Shown here in pieces: positions 9,074-16,014 of a stretch of 50,615 nucleotides of DNA. The notes under the pieces are model-generated. The model did not search any database. It was not told the origin of the DNA and saw only the letters and a list, made by a program, of their open reading frames with translations. The position numbers were made by a program, and so were the translations under genes. How positions within the stretch are numbered: the stretch's first letter is position 1; every line of letters begins with the position of its first letter. Source of the DNA: a virus (taxonomy: Duplodnaviria > Caudoviricetes); IMG/VR virus record IMGVR_UViG_3300048074_000056, positions 1 through 50,615 of that record; one strand, written 5' to 3'.

Positions 9074-9990
9074 CCGACACACCCAACCCGCTGCCCGACC
9101 TCCTAGCCGGGGTATGCGAACACCGCCGCAAGAAGTATCCGGCGGTGGATATGCCGGCCCGTCTGTGCTCGGAGTGCATCCAGCTTGTGGTCGATGACCA
9201 CGCTGACCTCCAGCGGCAGGTGGCCGAGTTGGGAGCCCGTACCCACGACGGCGACCTAGCTGCCCGCCTCGCCGCGCTCGAAGCCGCCATGAGTGTATAC
9301 GTTGTCGAAGGGGCAGTCCTTGACCGTGCGAGATTTGCCGAGAAACGCGCCGAGGAACTTCGCCAAAATCTGCATGCCGTCGTGCTTCACAATGTAGAGA
9401 TGGCCACAAAGCTGTCGATTGTCGAGCGTGAGCGCGACGACGCCTTGCGTGGTCTACAGAAGGACTGCTGCGAAGCCATCGCATCCGTTGCAGACGAGCC
9501 CCGTTGCAAGCACGACGACGGCCGATGCCGTGACTGTGAGATAGAGGCGGCACACGACTCGTGTGCGAAGCCGGCGCGTTTCGAGCCCACACTAATCACG
9601 TTTGACGGTGCCCCGGTGACGATTATCGACCACACGACAGGGCTGGAATGGGATGCGCGGCCGACTAGCGAGGCAGACAAGCTGAACTGGCAGGGTGCGC
9701 ATGATCGAATCGCCACAATGAACACCGAACGCTTCGCCGGCCACACCGATTGGAGAGTGCCCACGATCGACGAGCTTTTCACGCTGATTGACCACAGCAC
9801 TCATGGTCCGTCCACGTTCGAGCCGTTCAGGGCTTGCACGCTTTCGAACGACTACTGGTCTTCGTCTACGTACGTGGGCTATCCGCAGGACGCGTGGACC
9901 GTGAACTTCTACAACGGCGACGTGAATGCGTTCAACAAGTCGAACTTCAACTACGTTCGCGCAGTCCGCACGGTGGAGGTGAAGCCGTGA
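9070..9990 (+). CDS. Coiled-coil protein with C-terminal DUF1566 (Lcl / C-type lectin fold) domain
   Basis: DHTTGLEW, GHTDWRVPTIDEL, YWSSST...AWTVNF...YVRAVR. Confidence 0.85.
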   Translation: MTDTPNPLPDLLAGVCEHRRKKYPAVDMPARLCSECIQLVVDDHADLQRQVAELGARTHDGDLAARLAALEAAMSVYVVEGAVLDRARFAEKRAEELRQNLHAVVLHNVEMATKLSIVERERDDALRGLQKDCCEAIASVADEPRCKHDDGRCRDCEIEAAHDSCAKPARFEPTLITFDGAPVTIIDHTTGLEWDARPTSEADKLNWQGAHDRIATMNTERFAGHTDWRVPTIDELFTLIDHSTHGPSTFEPFRACTLSNDYWSSSTYVGYPQDAWTVNFYNGDVNAFNKSNFNYVRAVRTVEVKP

Positions 9991-10340
9991 ACAATGAGAT
10001 TTCCGACAATGCGCAAAGGTGGCTCGATTCGCAATGTGACCACCATGTGGAGCTTGCGCGCCAACACTGTGCTCTGTGCATCGCCGAACTTGTTGACGAT
10101 GGCGTAAATGCAACATCGCGAAGAGAAGAAACATACCAATGGGCGAAGCGCACCATCATGGAGCGCACTGCGGATATGGATGCCGAGCTAGCCGCCCTCC
10201 GAGCCCAAGTTACGAGCTTGCAAGCTGTGGTGATCGCGGCAAACGCGCACTGGTCCTATTCCAGCATTGCGGCGATCAGGGAGAAACTCGAAGCACTACA
10301 CCTCATCGACTTGATGCCGATTGACGAGGTGAAGCCGTGA
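9987..10340 (+). CDS. Hypothetical cassette protein ending DEVKP
   Basis: GTGA-coupled at both ends. Confidence 0.65.
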   Translation: MNNEISDNAQRWLDSQCDHHVELARQHCALCIAELVDDGVNATSRREETYQWAKRTIMERTADMDAELAALRAQVTSLQAVVIAANAHWSYSSIAAIREKLEALHLIDLMPIDEVKP

Positions 10341-10612
10341 CCGACGATCTCGAACAAGCCAGAGAACTTGTGACAGACATGCAAGACGCGAGCGGAGCGA
10401 TAATCGTTCCGAGGGCCTCCGAACTATTGCGAATCGACACGCTACTTGCGGCAGTGCAGGCAGACCTCACGAGCCTGCGCGCGGTAGTCCACGAGGTCGC
10501 GCACGCTGGTGTCGAGGCCGAGGCCCGCAAGTACCTCGTGGTGCAGATCGGTCACGAGACAATGGCCGAGGCGCGAAGGCTCGCACTGGCCACCGAGGAG
10601 GAAAAGCCGTGA
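10337..10612 (+). CDS. Hypothetical cassette protein, C-terminus shared with 11757..12074
   Basis: KYLVVQIGHETMAEARRLALATEEEKP. Confidence 0.7.
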   Translation: MTDDLEQARELVTDMQDASGAIIVPRASELLRIDTLLAAVQADLTSLRAVVHEVAHAGVEAEARKYLVVQIGHETMAEARRLALATEEEKP

Positions 10613-10776
10613 AGCCTTACTCGCGCTGCTGTAACGGATGTGACGCACCCCCGCACGCGCCAAGCAAGGTGCTGTGCCGGGATTGCTTCGCAAAGCTGGA
10701 TGCAAAGATGCAGGCATTGTTTGTCCGTCACGCGGACAAACAGGACGCAGACACGATCGACGAGGTGAAGCCGTGA
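10609..10776 (+). CDS. Small Zn-finger-like cassette protein, 55 aa
   Basis: CNGC...CRDC...DEVKP; not in ORF track; GTGA-coupled. Confidence 0.6.
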   Translation: MKPYSRCCNGCDAPPHAPSKVLCRDCFAKLDAKMQALFVRHADKQDADTIDEVKP

Positions 10777-11210
10777 GAAACACAATCTGCGTCAGGCTCG
10801 TGCTCGCCGAACTCTCTCACCGTACGGACCTTCTGCGCGAAGCGAAACACGCGCTCAGCGTCGCGGAGCGCGAGCGCGCATCCGTCGCCGACAGACTGAA
10901 CTCGGCGCTGAGGCAGGCGCACCTCGGAGAGATCGAATCTGGATCGCTGGAGAACATCCACTCGGGAATCGCTCGGATCGAGTCAGCTATCGCTCTGCCT
11001 CGCTGCCCGCACGACGACGACGAGATCAACGAGCTGCGCGCCGAACTCGCTGCCCTGCGATCCCGCCTCGCGCGCGTGTTGGAGTATCTCAGCGAGCATG
11101 AGTGCGGGGGGCACGGCCTTGTTCACAACTGCTTCCGCATCCTCACACCTGAGACATGCGGGATTCTTCGGACCGGCGACCTTGGCCCGATCGAGGAGGA
11201 GAAGCCGTGA
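10773..11210 (+). CDS. Coiled-coil cassette protein
   Basis: Ends RLARVL...GDLGPIEEEKP, similar to 12071..12388. Confidence 0.65.
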   Translation: MRNTICVRLVLAELSHRTDLLREAKHALSVAERERASVADRLNSALRQAHLGEIESGSLENIHSGIARIESAIALPRCPHDDDEINELRAELAALRSRLARVLEYLSEHECGGHGLVHNCFRILTPETCGILRTGDLGPIEEEKP

Positions 11211-11503
11211 TCGACGTAACTGCCCTGCTGGCAGCCATCGACAATATCGCGAACCTGCCTGAGAACTGGGACACCTACGGCGGTCTCGCAGTGCCATCCA
11301 AAGTCATCGAACGTGCCAAGTGCATCGTGCAACTGATTCACTCTGCGCCTGTCATTGCGCCGATGGTAACCGGAGGTGTCTACATGGTATGGGAGTCCGC
11401 CGATGCGGCTGTGACAATCATCATCCGTACTGACGGCTGCGATGGGATTTATGTTGACGTGTGGCCGCCGGACGCACCGACCACCAAGGAGGGCGACAAG
11501 TGA
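11207..11503 (+). CDS. Hypothetical cassette protein
   Basis: LPENWDTYGG...PMVTGGVYMVWE; GTGA-coupled. Confidence 0.65.
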   Translation: MIDVTALLAAIDNIANLPENWDTYGGLAVPSKVIERAKCIVQLIHSAPVIAPMVTGGVYMVWESADAAVTIIIRTDGCDGIYVDVWPPDAPTTKEGDK

Positions 11504-11760
11504 CTCGACCGAAGCCTATCACGCCGTACGCGCGGCTATTGGCGGCTGCGAATCGGTTTGAATCGCGCGTCCTTTACCCGAAGCGAAAGATCATGTGGTT
11601 CTACCCGAAGAGCAAACTCGGCGAGTCTTGGGCTCTCAATGATCTCGCAGAGCGCGTACAAGCTGCGGACCAGCTCGGCTACGACGTGCGGTTGGTAGTA
11701 GATGGCAATGGCAACCTGTCAGTGGAGTACGTCGAGCGTCCCGGGAGTCTCAACGTATGA
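11500..11760 (+). CDS. Hypothetical cassette protein, intact paralog of 12385..12645
   Basis: TRPKPITPYARLL...VEYVERPGSLNV. Confidence 0.7.
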   Translation: MTRPKPITPYARLLAAANRFESRVLYPKRKIMWFYPKSKLGESWALNDLAERVQAADQLGYDVRLVVDGNGNLSVEYVERPGSLNV

Positions 11761-12074
11761 CCCGCCAGCAAACCCACTACGAAGGCTGCCACGAGCACCA
11801 CCTCGAATGCGCGCTTGCCAAGCTGGAGCGCACGCAGGCCAGCTTGGCAGCATCCGAGGCGGAGCTGCACCAGAAACGCGAGTGGATCGCAAAGCTCGAA
11901 GACGCCTTGGGCGCACTCCATCAGCGAGAGTGGGAACTGAGGAATGTGGTCTACGAGTTTGCGGTGGCCGGCATCGAGCGCGACGCGGGGAAGTATCTCG
12001 TGGTGCAGGTGTCGCACGAGACGATGGAAGAAGCGCGGAGGCTTGCATTGGCCACTGACGAGGAGAAGTCGTGA
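11757..12074 (+). CDS. Coiled-coil cassette protein
   Basis: THYEGCHEHHLECA N-terminus; C-terminus shared with 10337..10612. Confidence 0.7.
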   Translation: MTRQQTHYEGCHEHHLECALAKLERTQASLAASEAELHQKREWIAKLEDALGALHQREWELRNVVYEFAVAGIERDAGKYLVVQVSHETMEEARRLALATDEEKS

Positions 12075-12388
12075 ACGAGGAAATGGTTGTGCTTAGGCTG
12101 GCCGGGGCAATCATACGGGGAGAGCGGTTGTACGACCTCCTCGCCGTGATATTCCGCGACAACGGTGAGCGCGCACAGGAGTTGGGAGACGAGGCAGCAG
12201 TAGAAGAGGCGTGCCTGTCTGTGATGCGTCTGCTCGATGTCGCAGACGACCGCGACGCACTTCGTGCTCGTCTCGCGCGCGTGCTGCGGTACGTCAACGC
12301 ACTGCGCGGCTCGCATGAGAAGCAAGTAGCGTTCGACGCGCTCCAGCCCGGCGACCTAGAAGACCCGATCGAGGAGGTGAAGCCGTGA
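12071..12388 (+). CDS. Hypothetical cassette protein
   Basis: Ends GDLEDPIEEVKP. Confidence 0.65.
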   Translation: MNEEMVVLRLAGAIIRGERLYDLLAVIFRDNGERAQELGDEAAVEEACLSVMRLLDVADDRDALRARLARVLRYVNALRGSHEKQVAFDALQPGDLEDPIEEVKP

Positions 12389-12645
12389 CCCGCCCTAAGC
12401 CTGTCACGCCGTACGCGCGGCTATTGGCTATCGCGCGCGAGTTTGAGTCTCGCGTCCTGTTCCCGAAGTAGAAGACGATGTGGGTCTATGAACACGTCTC
12501 GAATGATGCGAACCGTTGGCCACTCGGAGCATTGGCGCAGCGCGTGAATGCGGCGGCCCAACTCGGCTACGACGTGCGACTGAGAACAAACGACGACTCG
12601 ATAATCGTCGAGTACGTCGAGCGACCGGGGAGTCTCGACATATGA
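12385..12645 (+). pseudogene. Paralog of 11500..11760 interrupted by in-frame TAG
   Basis: TRPKPVTPYARLL...FPK*KTMW...VEYVERPGSLDI; TAG at 12469-12471 where the paralog has CGA. Confidence 0.75.
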
Positions 12646-12731
12646 CCCGCTGCAAGCGCCTCGGGCGCACACGTATGACCGACGACATGACCCCCCATTA
12701 GACAAACCCATACCCCCAGAGGACCACCCGA

Positions 12732-13106
12732 ATGTCGAATGACGAAACTTCCGCCGGCACCCCCGTTGCCGCCGCTCGCTTCTTCGGTGCCATCATCCAA
12801 AAATACCGTAAGAACCACCAAATCAGTCAAGACGACCTCGCCACCGCCTGCGGAATCAACCGCTCCACCCTCGGTCGATATGAAGGGGGCTTGCCGCCCT
12901 CGTGGGCCGGCCTGCTTCGGCTGAGGATGGGTATGGGCTCCGTCGCCTTCCGACAGGCCATCGAGTATGCGTTCGACAAGGCGGTCGAGATGTCACAAGA
13001 GCAAGCCGCTCGAGCCCTCGCTCCCACGTTCGCCCCCGAACCCACCCCCGCCCCCAACTTCACCGTCACCAACCACACCCCCACAGAGTGGGACGTCCCC
13101 GAATGA
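12732..13106 (+). CDS. XRE-family helix-turn-helix regulator
   Basis: IQKYRKNHQISQDDLATACGINRSTLGRYEGG. Confidence 0.85.
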   Translation: MSNDETSAGTPVAAARFFGAIIQKYRKNHQISQDDLATACGINRSTLGRYEGGLPPSWAGLLRLRMGMGSVAFRQAIEYAFDKAVEMSQEQAARALAPTFAPEPTPAPNFTVTNHTPTEWDVPE

Positions 13107-13363
13107 AGCCCCCGATCCCTCTCCACGAGATGGACTGGCACGAAGCAACTCGGTGGCGGTGGCGGGCCGGTCGGGCCGACCGTGGCCTCACCGACAACGA
13201 CCCCTTCGAGGGGGAACCCCTCCTCGAAGCCTATGAGGAGTTGGTGGATGCTTGGACATATCTCAACTTGGGGGGTGAGGCTGGGTTAGCGGACGACATC
13301 CGACGGTTGGGGGAAAGGCTTCGGGCAGCCATTCAGCACCCCTACCCTCGACTCCACCGATGA
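13103..13363 (+). CDS. Small helical protein, possible MazG-like NTP pyrophosphohydrolase
   Basis: EAYEELVDAWTYL (EExxD) motif; ATGA overlaps on both sides. Confidence 0.5.
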   Translation: MKPPIPLHEMDWHEATRWRWRAGRADRGLTDNDPFEGEPLLEAYEELVDAWTYLNLGGEAGLADDIRRLGERLRAAIQHPYPRLHR

Positions 13364-14022
13364 GTGCTCGGGTCACTAGATTCACCCCTCCCACCCTCAC
13401 TGACCGTGAGGTGTGGGTGGTCCCCATCCTTCACCCTGCCTACATCATGCGGGGTGCGGCTGCCTACGGTCCCCCCCAGATCACCTCCCTCAAGCGAGCA
13501 CGCGCCATCGAACGGGAGGGATGGCAAGAGGTGTCCCTCGGTCGATCGCCGGTTCCCCTCTCCGTGGTCCCCCCCATCGACCCCATCCCCACCCTCACCG
13601 AGTGGGAAGCGGGGTGTGGGGTGGATGGGGTAGTTATCGACATCGAGACGGCCGGCCCCATGCTCCTGTGCGTGGGAATCCTCACCCTAGATGAGCCCCG
13701 CACCGCCCTCGTGGTGCCCTTCAGAGGAGAGGGGGGTGTCCCATGGTATGGCGACCCCGCCGACCTAAAGGGAGTGGTGGCATGGCTATCCCGGTTTTTG
13801 GCGGACCCCACCATCCCCAAGGTGTTCCACAACGGCCAGTCGTTCGACGTCCCCTACCTCCAAGACCTCGGGTTCAGTGTGGGGGGGTACGAGGACGACA
13901 CCCTCCTCATGCAGCACACCGCCTACGCCGAACTCCCCAAAGGGTTGGAGTGGTGTGCGGTCACATACTGCGGGGCTCGCCCATGGAAGCATCTTGGGAA
14001 GGCGGAGGGGGAAGGGAAGTGA
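13360..14022 (+). CDS. UDG C-terminal motif fused to partial PolA 3'-5' exonuclease (split polymerase piece 2)
   Basis: VVPILHPAYIMR (UDG motif B), VIDIET (ExoI), FHNGQSFD (ExoII), DDTLLM; no ExoIII. Confidence 0.85.
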   Translation: MSARVTRFTPPTLTDREVWVVPILHPAYIMRGAAAYGPPQITSLKRARAIEREGWQEVSLGRSPVPLSVVPPIDPIPTLTEWEAGCGVDGVVIDIETAGPMLLCVGILTLDEPRTALVVPFRGEGGVPWYGDPADLKGVVAWLSRFLADPTIPKVFHNGQSFDVPYLQDLGFSVGGYEDDTLLMQHTAYAELPKGLEWCAVTYCGARPWKHLGKAEGEGK

Positions 14023-14115
14023 TGAGCAGTGCGTTGTGCCGCTGACCGATGCAAAGCGGTCCCTTGCGACGCCTCGCCGTGCCTCGTAACGCACACCACA
14101 CCACACCACACCACC
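14021..14115 (+). repeat. 5-nt periodic tract 1 (candidate guide RNA)
   Basis: GCagt GCgtt GTgcc GCtga CCgat GCaaa GCggt CCctt GCgac GCctc GCcgt GCctc GTaac GCaca CCaca CCaca CCaca. Confidence 0.8.
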
Positions 14116-14116
14116 G

Positions 14117-14150
14117 GATGGAACCTCCCAACCACCAATGGTTTCCATCG
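14117..14150 (+). other. Hairpin separating periodic tracts 1 and 2
   Basis: GATGGAACC...GGTTTCCATC imperfect inverted repeat. Confidence 0.6.
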
Positions 14151-14160
14151 AGATGACTAG

Positions 14161-14215
14161 GCCGAGCGGACCGATGCCGAGCAAAGCCGAGCCCAGCCGT
14201 GCAAAGCAAACCCTA
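14161..14215 (+). repeat. 5-nt periodic tract 2 (candidate guide RNA)
   Basis: GCcga GCgga CCgat GCcga GCaaa GCcga GCcca GCcgt GCaaa GCaaa CCcta. Confidence 0.8.
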
Positions 14216-14234
14216 ACCCTTACTGGAGTACCCC

Positions 14235-14801
14235 ATGAAGTCCATCATCGTCCGTATCGAAGGTATCACTCCTCTTCTCATGCACCGATTCGCTGACTCC
14301 TCTCTTGTCTCGATCGGGGGAGCCCGCCCTGTCCACGTCAAAGACGAAGACCCCCGTACGGTGGCCGAGCATGCTGCCTACCGAGATGCCGACGGCAACC
14401 TCTACATCCCCGGGGCATCCATCAGCCGCCTTCTGAGGGAGGCTGGCGCATCCCACAAACAGAAGGGTTCCCGCCGAAGCCTCAAGTATATCATCCCGGG
14501 GGTGGTGATCGTCTCCGAGGACGAACTTCCCCTATACGACTCGGGAACGACTCGGGCTACTCACATCGAGGTAGATAGTCGTGCGATTGTAAACCCCGTC
14601 ACCAAAGCCCGCGTCATGTGCCACCGTGCGCGTCTCAACCGATGGGAGTGTGAGTTTGTGTTGGAGATTGACGACGAGGCGATCGCCGTCACTACCGTCA
14701 ACCAACTGTTGGTGGAGGGTGGTCGAAGGATTGGGTTAGGGGCGTTCCGACCCGAGAAGGGTGGGCCGTTTGGGAGGTTCATGGTAACAAGCTGGGTCTA
14801 G
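14235..14801 (+). CDS. Stand-alone Cas7/RAMP-fold protein (Vipr-like)
   Basis: IIVRIEGITPLLMH first strand, LYIPGASI motif, C-terminal G-rich loop GRRIGLGAFRPEKGGPFGRF. Confidence 0.8.
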   Translation: MKSIIVRIEGITPLLMHRFADSSLVSIGGARPVHVKDEDPRTVAEHAAYRDADGNLYIPGASISRLLREAGASHKQKGSRRSLKYIIPGVVIVSEDELPLYDSGTTRATHIEVDSRAIVNPVTKARVMCHRARLNRWECEFVLEIDDEAIAVTTVNQLLVEGGRRIGLGAFRPEKGGPFGRFMVTSWV

Positions 14802-14803
14802 TC

Positions 14804-14918
14804 GCGACCCGTGCCGATTCCTCGTGATGCACAGCCGTTCGACGCTGAGCTTCGCGGAGCCGACCGTCCCGTCGCCCTGCGTGGCGTTGCCCAGCAAACC
14901 AAACCGTCGCACCGTCCC
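14804..14918 (+). repeat. 5-nt periodic tract 3 (candidate guide RNA)
   Basis: 23 in-register pentamers: GCgac CCgtg CCgat TCctc GTgat GCaca GCcgt TCgac GCtga GCttc GCgga GCcga CCgtc CCgtc GCcct GCgtg GCgtt GCcca GCaaa CCaaa CCgtc GCacc GTccc. Confidence 0.8.
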
Positions 14919-14937
14919 CTCACCATAGGAGCACCCC

Positions 14938-16014
14938 ATGTGTACCCGTATGGATACCGCCACCCCCTCTCCCACCGACACCCCTGCCACCTACACCCCG
15001 ATGGCGGGAGGTGGGGGTTCCCGCATGGGAGTCCACTACCTCTCAGAGTTTGTGGCCTGCCCCATCCGATGGTTCTTCCGGTATGCTTACCCGGGCGGCC
15101 CCGCCGGTGAACCCACCGGCCTCACCACCCACCACACCCCCAACCCTCTCCTCACCGGCACCGCCTACCACGCCGGCATCGAAGAGCTGTATCGGTCGGG
15201 GTGGCGCGATGGTGCGGACACCGGCGAGTGGGACATCGACCGGGCGGTCGCCAAAGTCGAGTCGGAGTTCGAGGCCCGAGCCTCGGAGTGGGCCGATCCC
15301 GACGCCATGGTGGTCGAACGACAGGATACCGTTGCCATGGTCCACCGTTACCAGCGCCACTTCGGAAAGGGCGGGCTAGCTCCCGAGCAGGACCACCTCA
15401 AACTGTTGGCTACCCCGTCCGGGGAACCCGCCCTCGAAGTCGAGTATGAGATCCCGGTCGGCAACCGCATCATGACGGCGCGCATCGACGCCCTCGTTCG
15501 CTACCACGGCATCCTCATGGTGTGTGAGCGCAAAACCTCATCGAGGGTATCGAGCACCCTCCAAACCTACTCCCTCAAGGCCCAACCCCTCGCCCTCCTC
15601 CACCTCGTCAACAGTCACCACGCGGAGCCCGCCAACGCCATCCTCCTCGACATCGCCCACAAAAAACACACCAAGTCGTCCCGTCAACCCGAGTTCCTGC
15701 GGTCCCCCATCTCCCACTCTCCCGACCTCCTCCACCAGTTTGTGAAGGCTGCGGAAGGAACCCTCGACGCCATCGACAACCATATGGGGGTGTGGGGTAT
15801 CAGGGTGAAGGGTGGGGCCGACCCCATGGAAGCCGCCTTCCGAACCTTCCCCCTCCGTGGCCTCTTCAACGACCAGTGTTTCTCGTACCAGAGGGAGTGT
15901 GTGTTCGCGCGCTTCTGTCGTAACCCCGCCTCTGCCCCCAACCAGCTTCCCACCTTCCGACCCCGCATCGTCGCACCGACCGAAACCACCGACGGCGATG
16001 AGGACGGAGAGTGA
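14938..16014 (+). CDS. PD-(D/E)XK (RecB/Cas4-like) exonuclease
   Basis: ACPIRWFF, GTAYHAGIE, RIDALV...ERKTSS, C-terminal C..C..C cluster. Confidence 0.8.
   Translation: MCTRMDTATPSPTDTPATYTPMAGGGGSRMGVHYLSEFVACPIRWFFRYAYPGGPAGEPTGLTTHHTPNPLLTGTAYHAGIEELYRSGWRDGADTGEWDIDRAVAKVESEFEARASEWADPDAMVVERQDTVAMVHRYQRHFGKGGLAPEQDHLKLLATPSGEPALEVEYEIPVGNRIMTARIDALVRYHGILMVCERKTSSRVSSTLQTYSLKAQPLALLHLVNSHHAEPANAILLDIAHKKHTKSSRQPEFLRSPISHSPDLLHQFVKAAEGTLDAIDNHMGVWGIRVKGGADPMEAAFRTFPLRGLFNDQCFSYQRECVFARFCRNPASAPNQLPTFRPRIVAPTETTDGDEDGE

Noticed and set aside
9847-9969. Complete diversity-generating retroelement
   Set aside because: No reverse transcriptase ORF or template repeat visible.
12469-12471. Genome-wide TAG reassignment
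   Set aside because: Well-defined genes end at TAG (2275, 4245, 14801, 17501) and long genes are not interrupted.
14091-14115. CCACA run as a plain microsatellite
   Set aside because: It is in register with the upstream variable pentamers and is the tail of tract 1.
14021-14918. Canonical CRISPR array next to the Cas7-like gene
   Set aside because: No 25-40-nt identical repeats with spacers; periodicity is 5 nt; no cas1, cas5 or cas6 seen.
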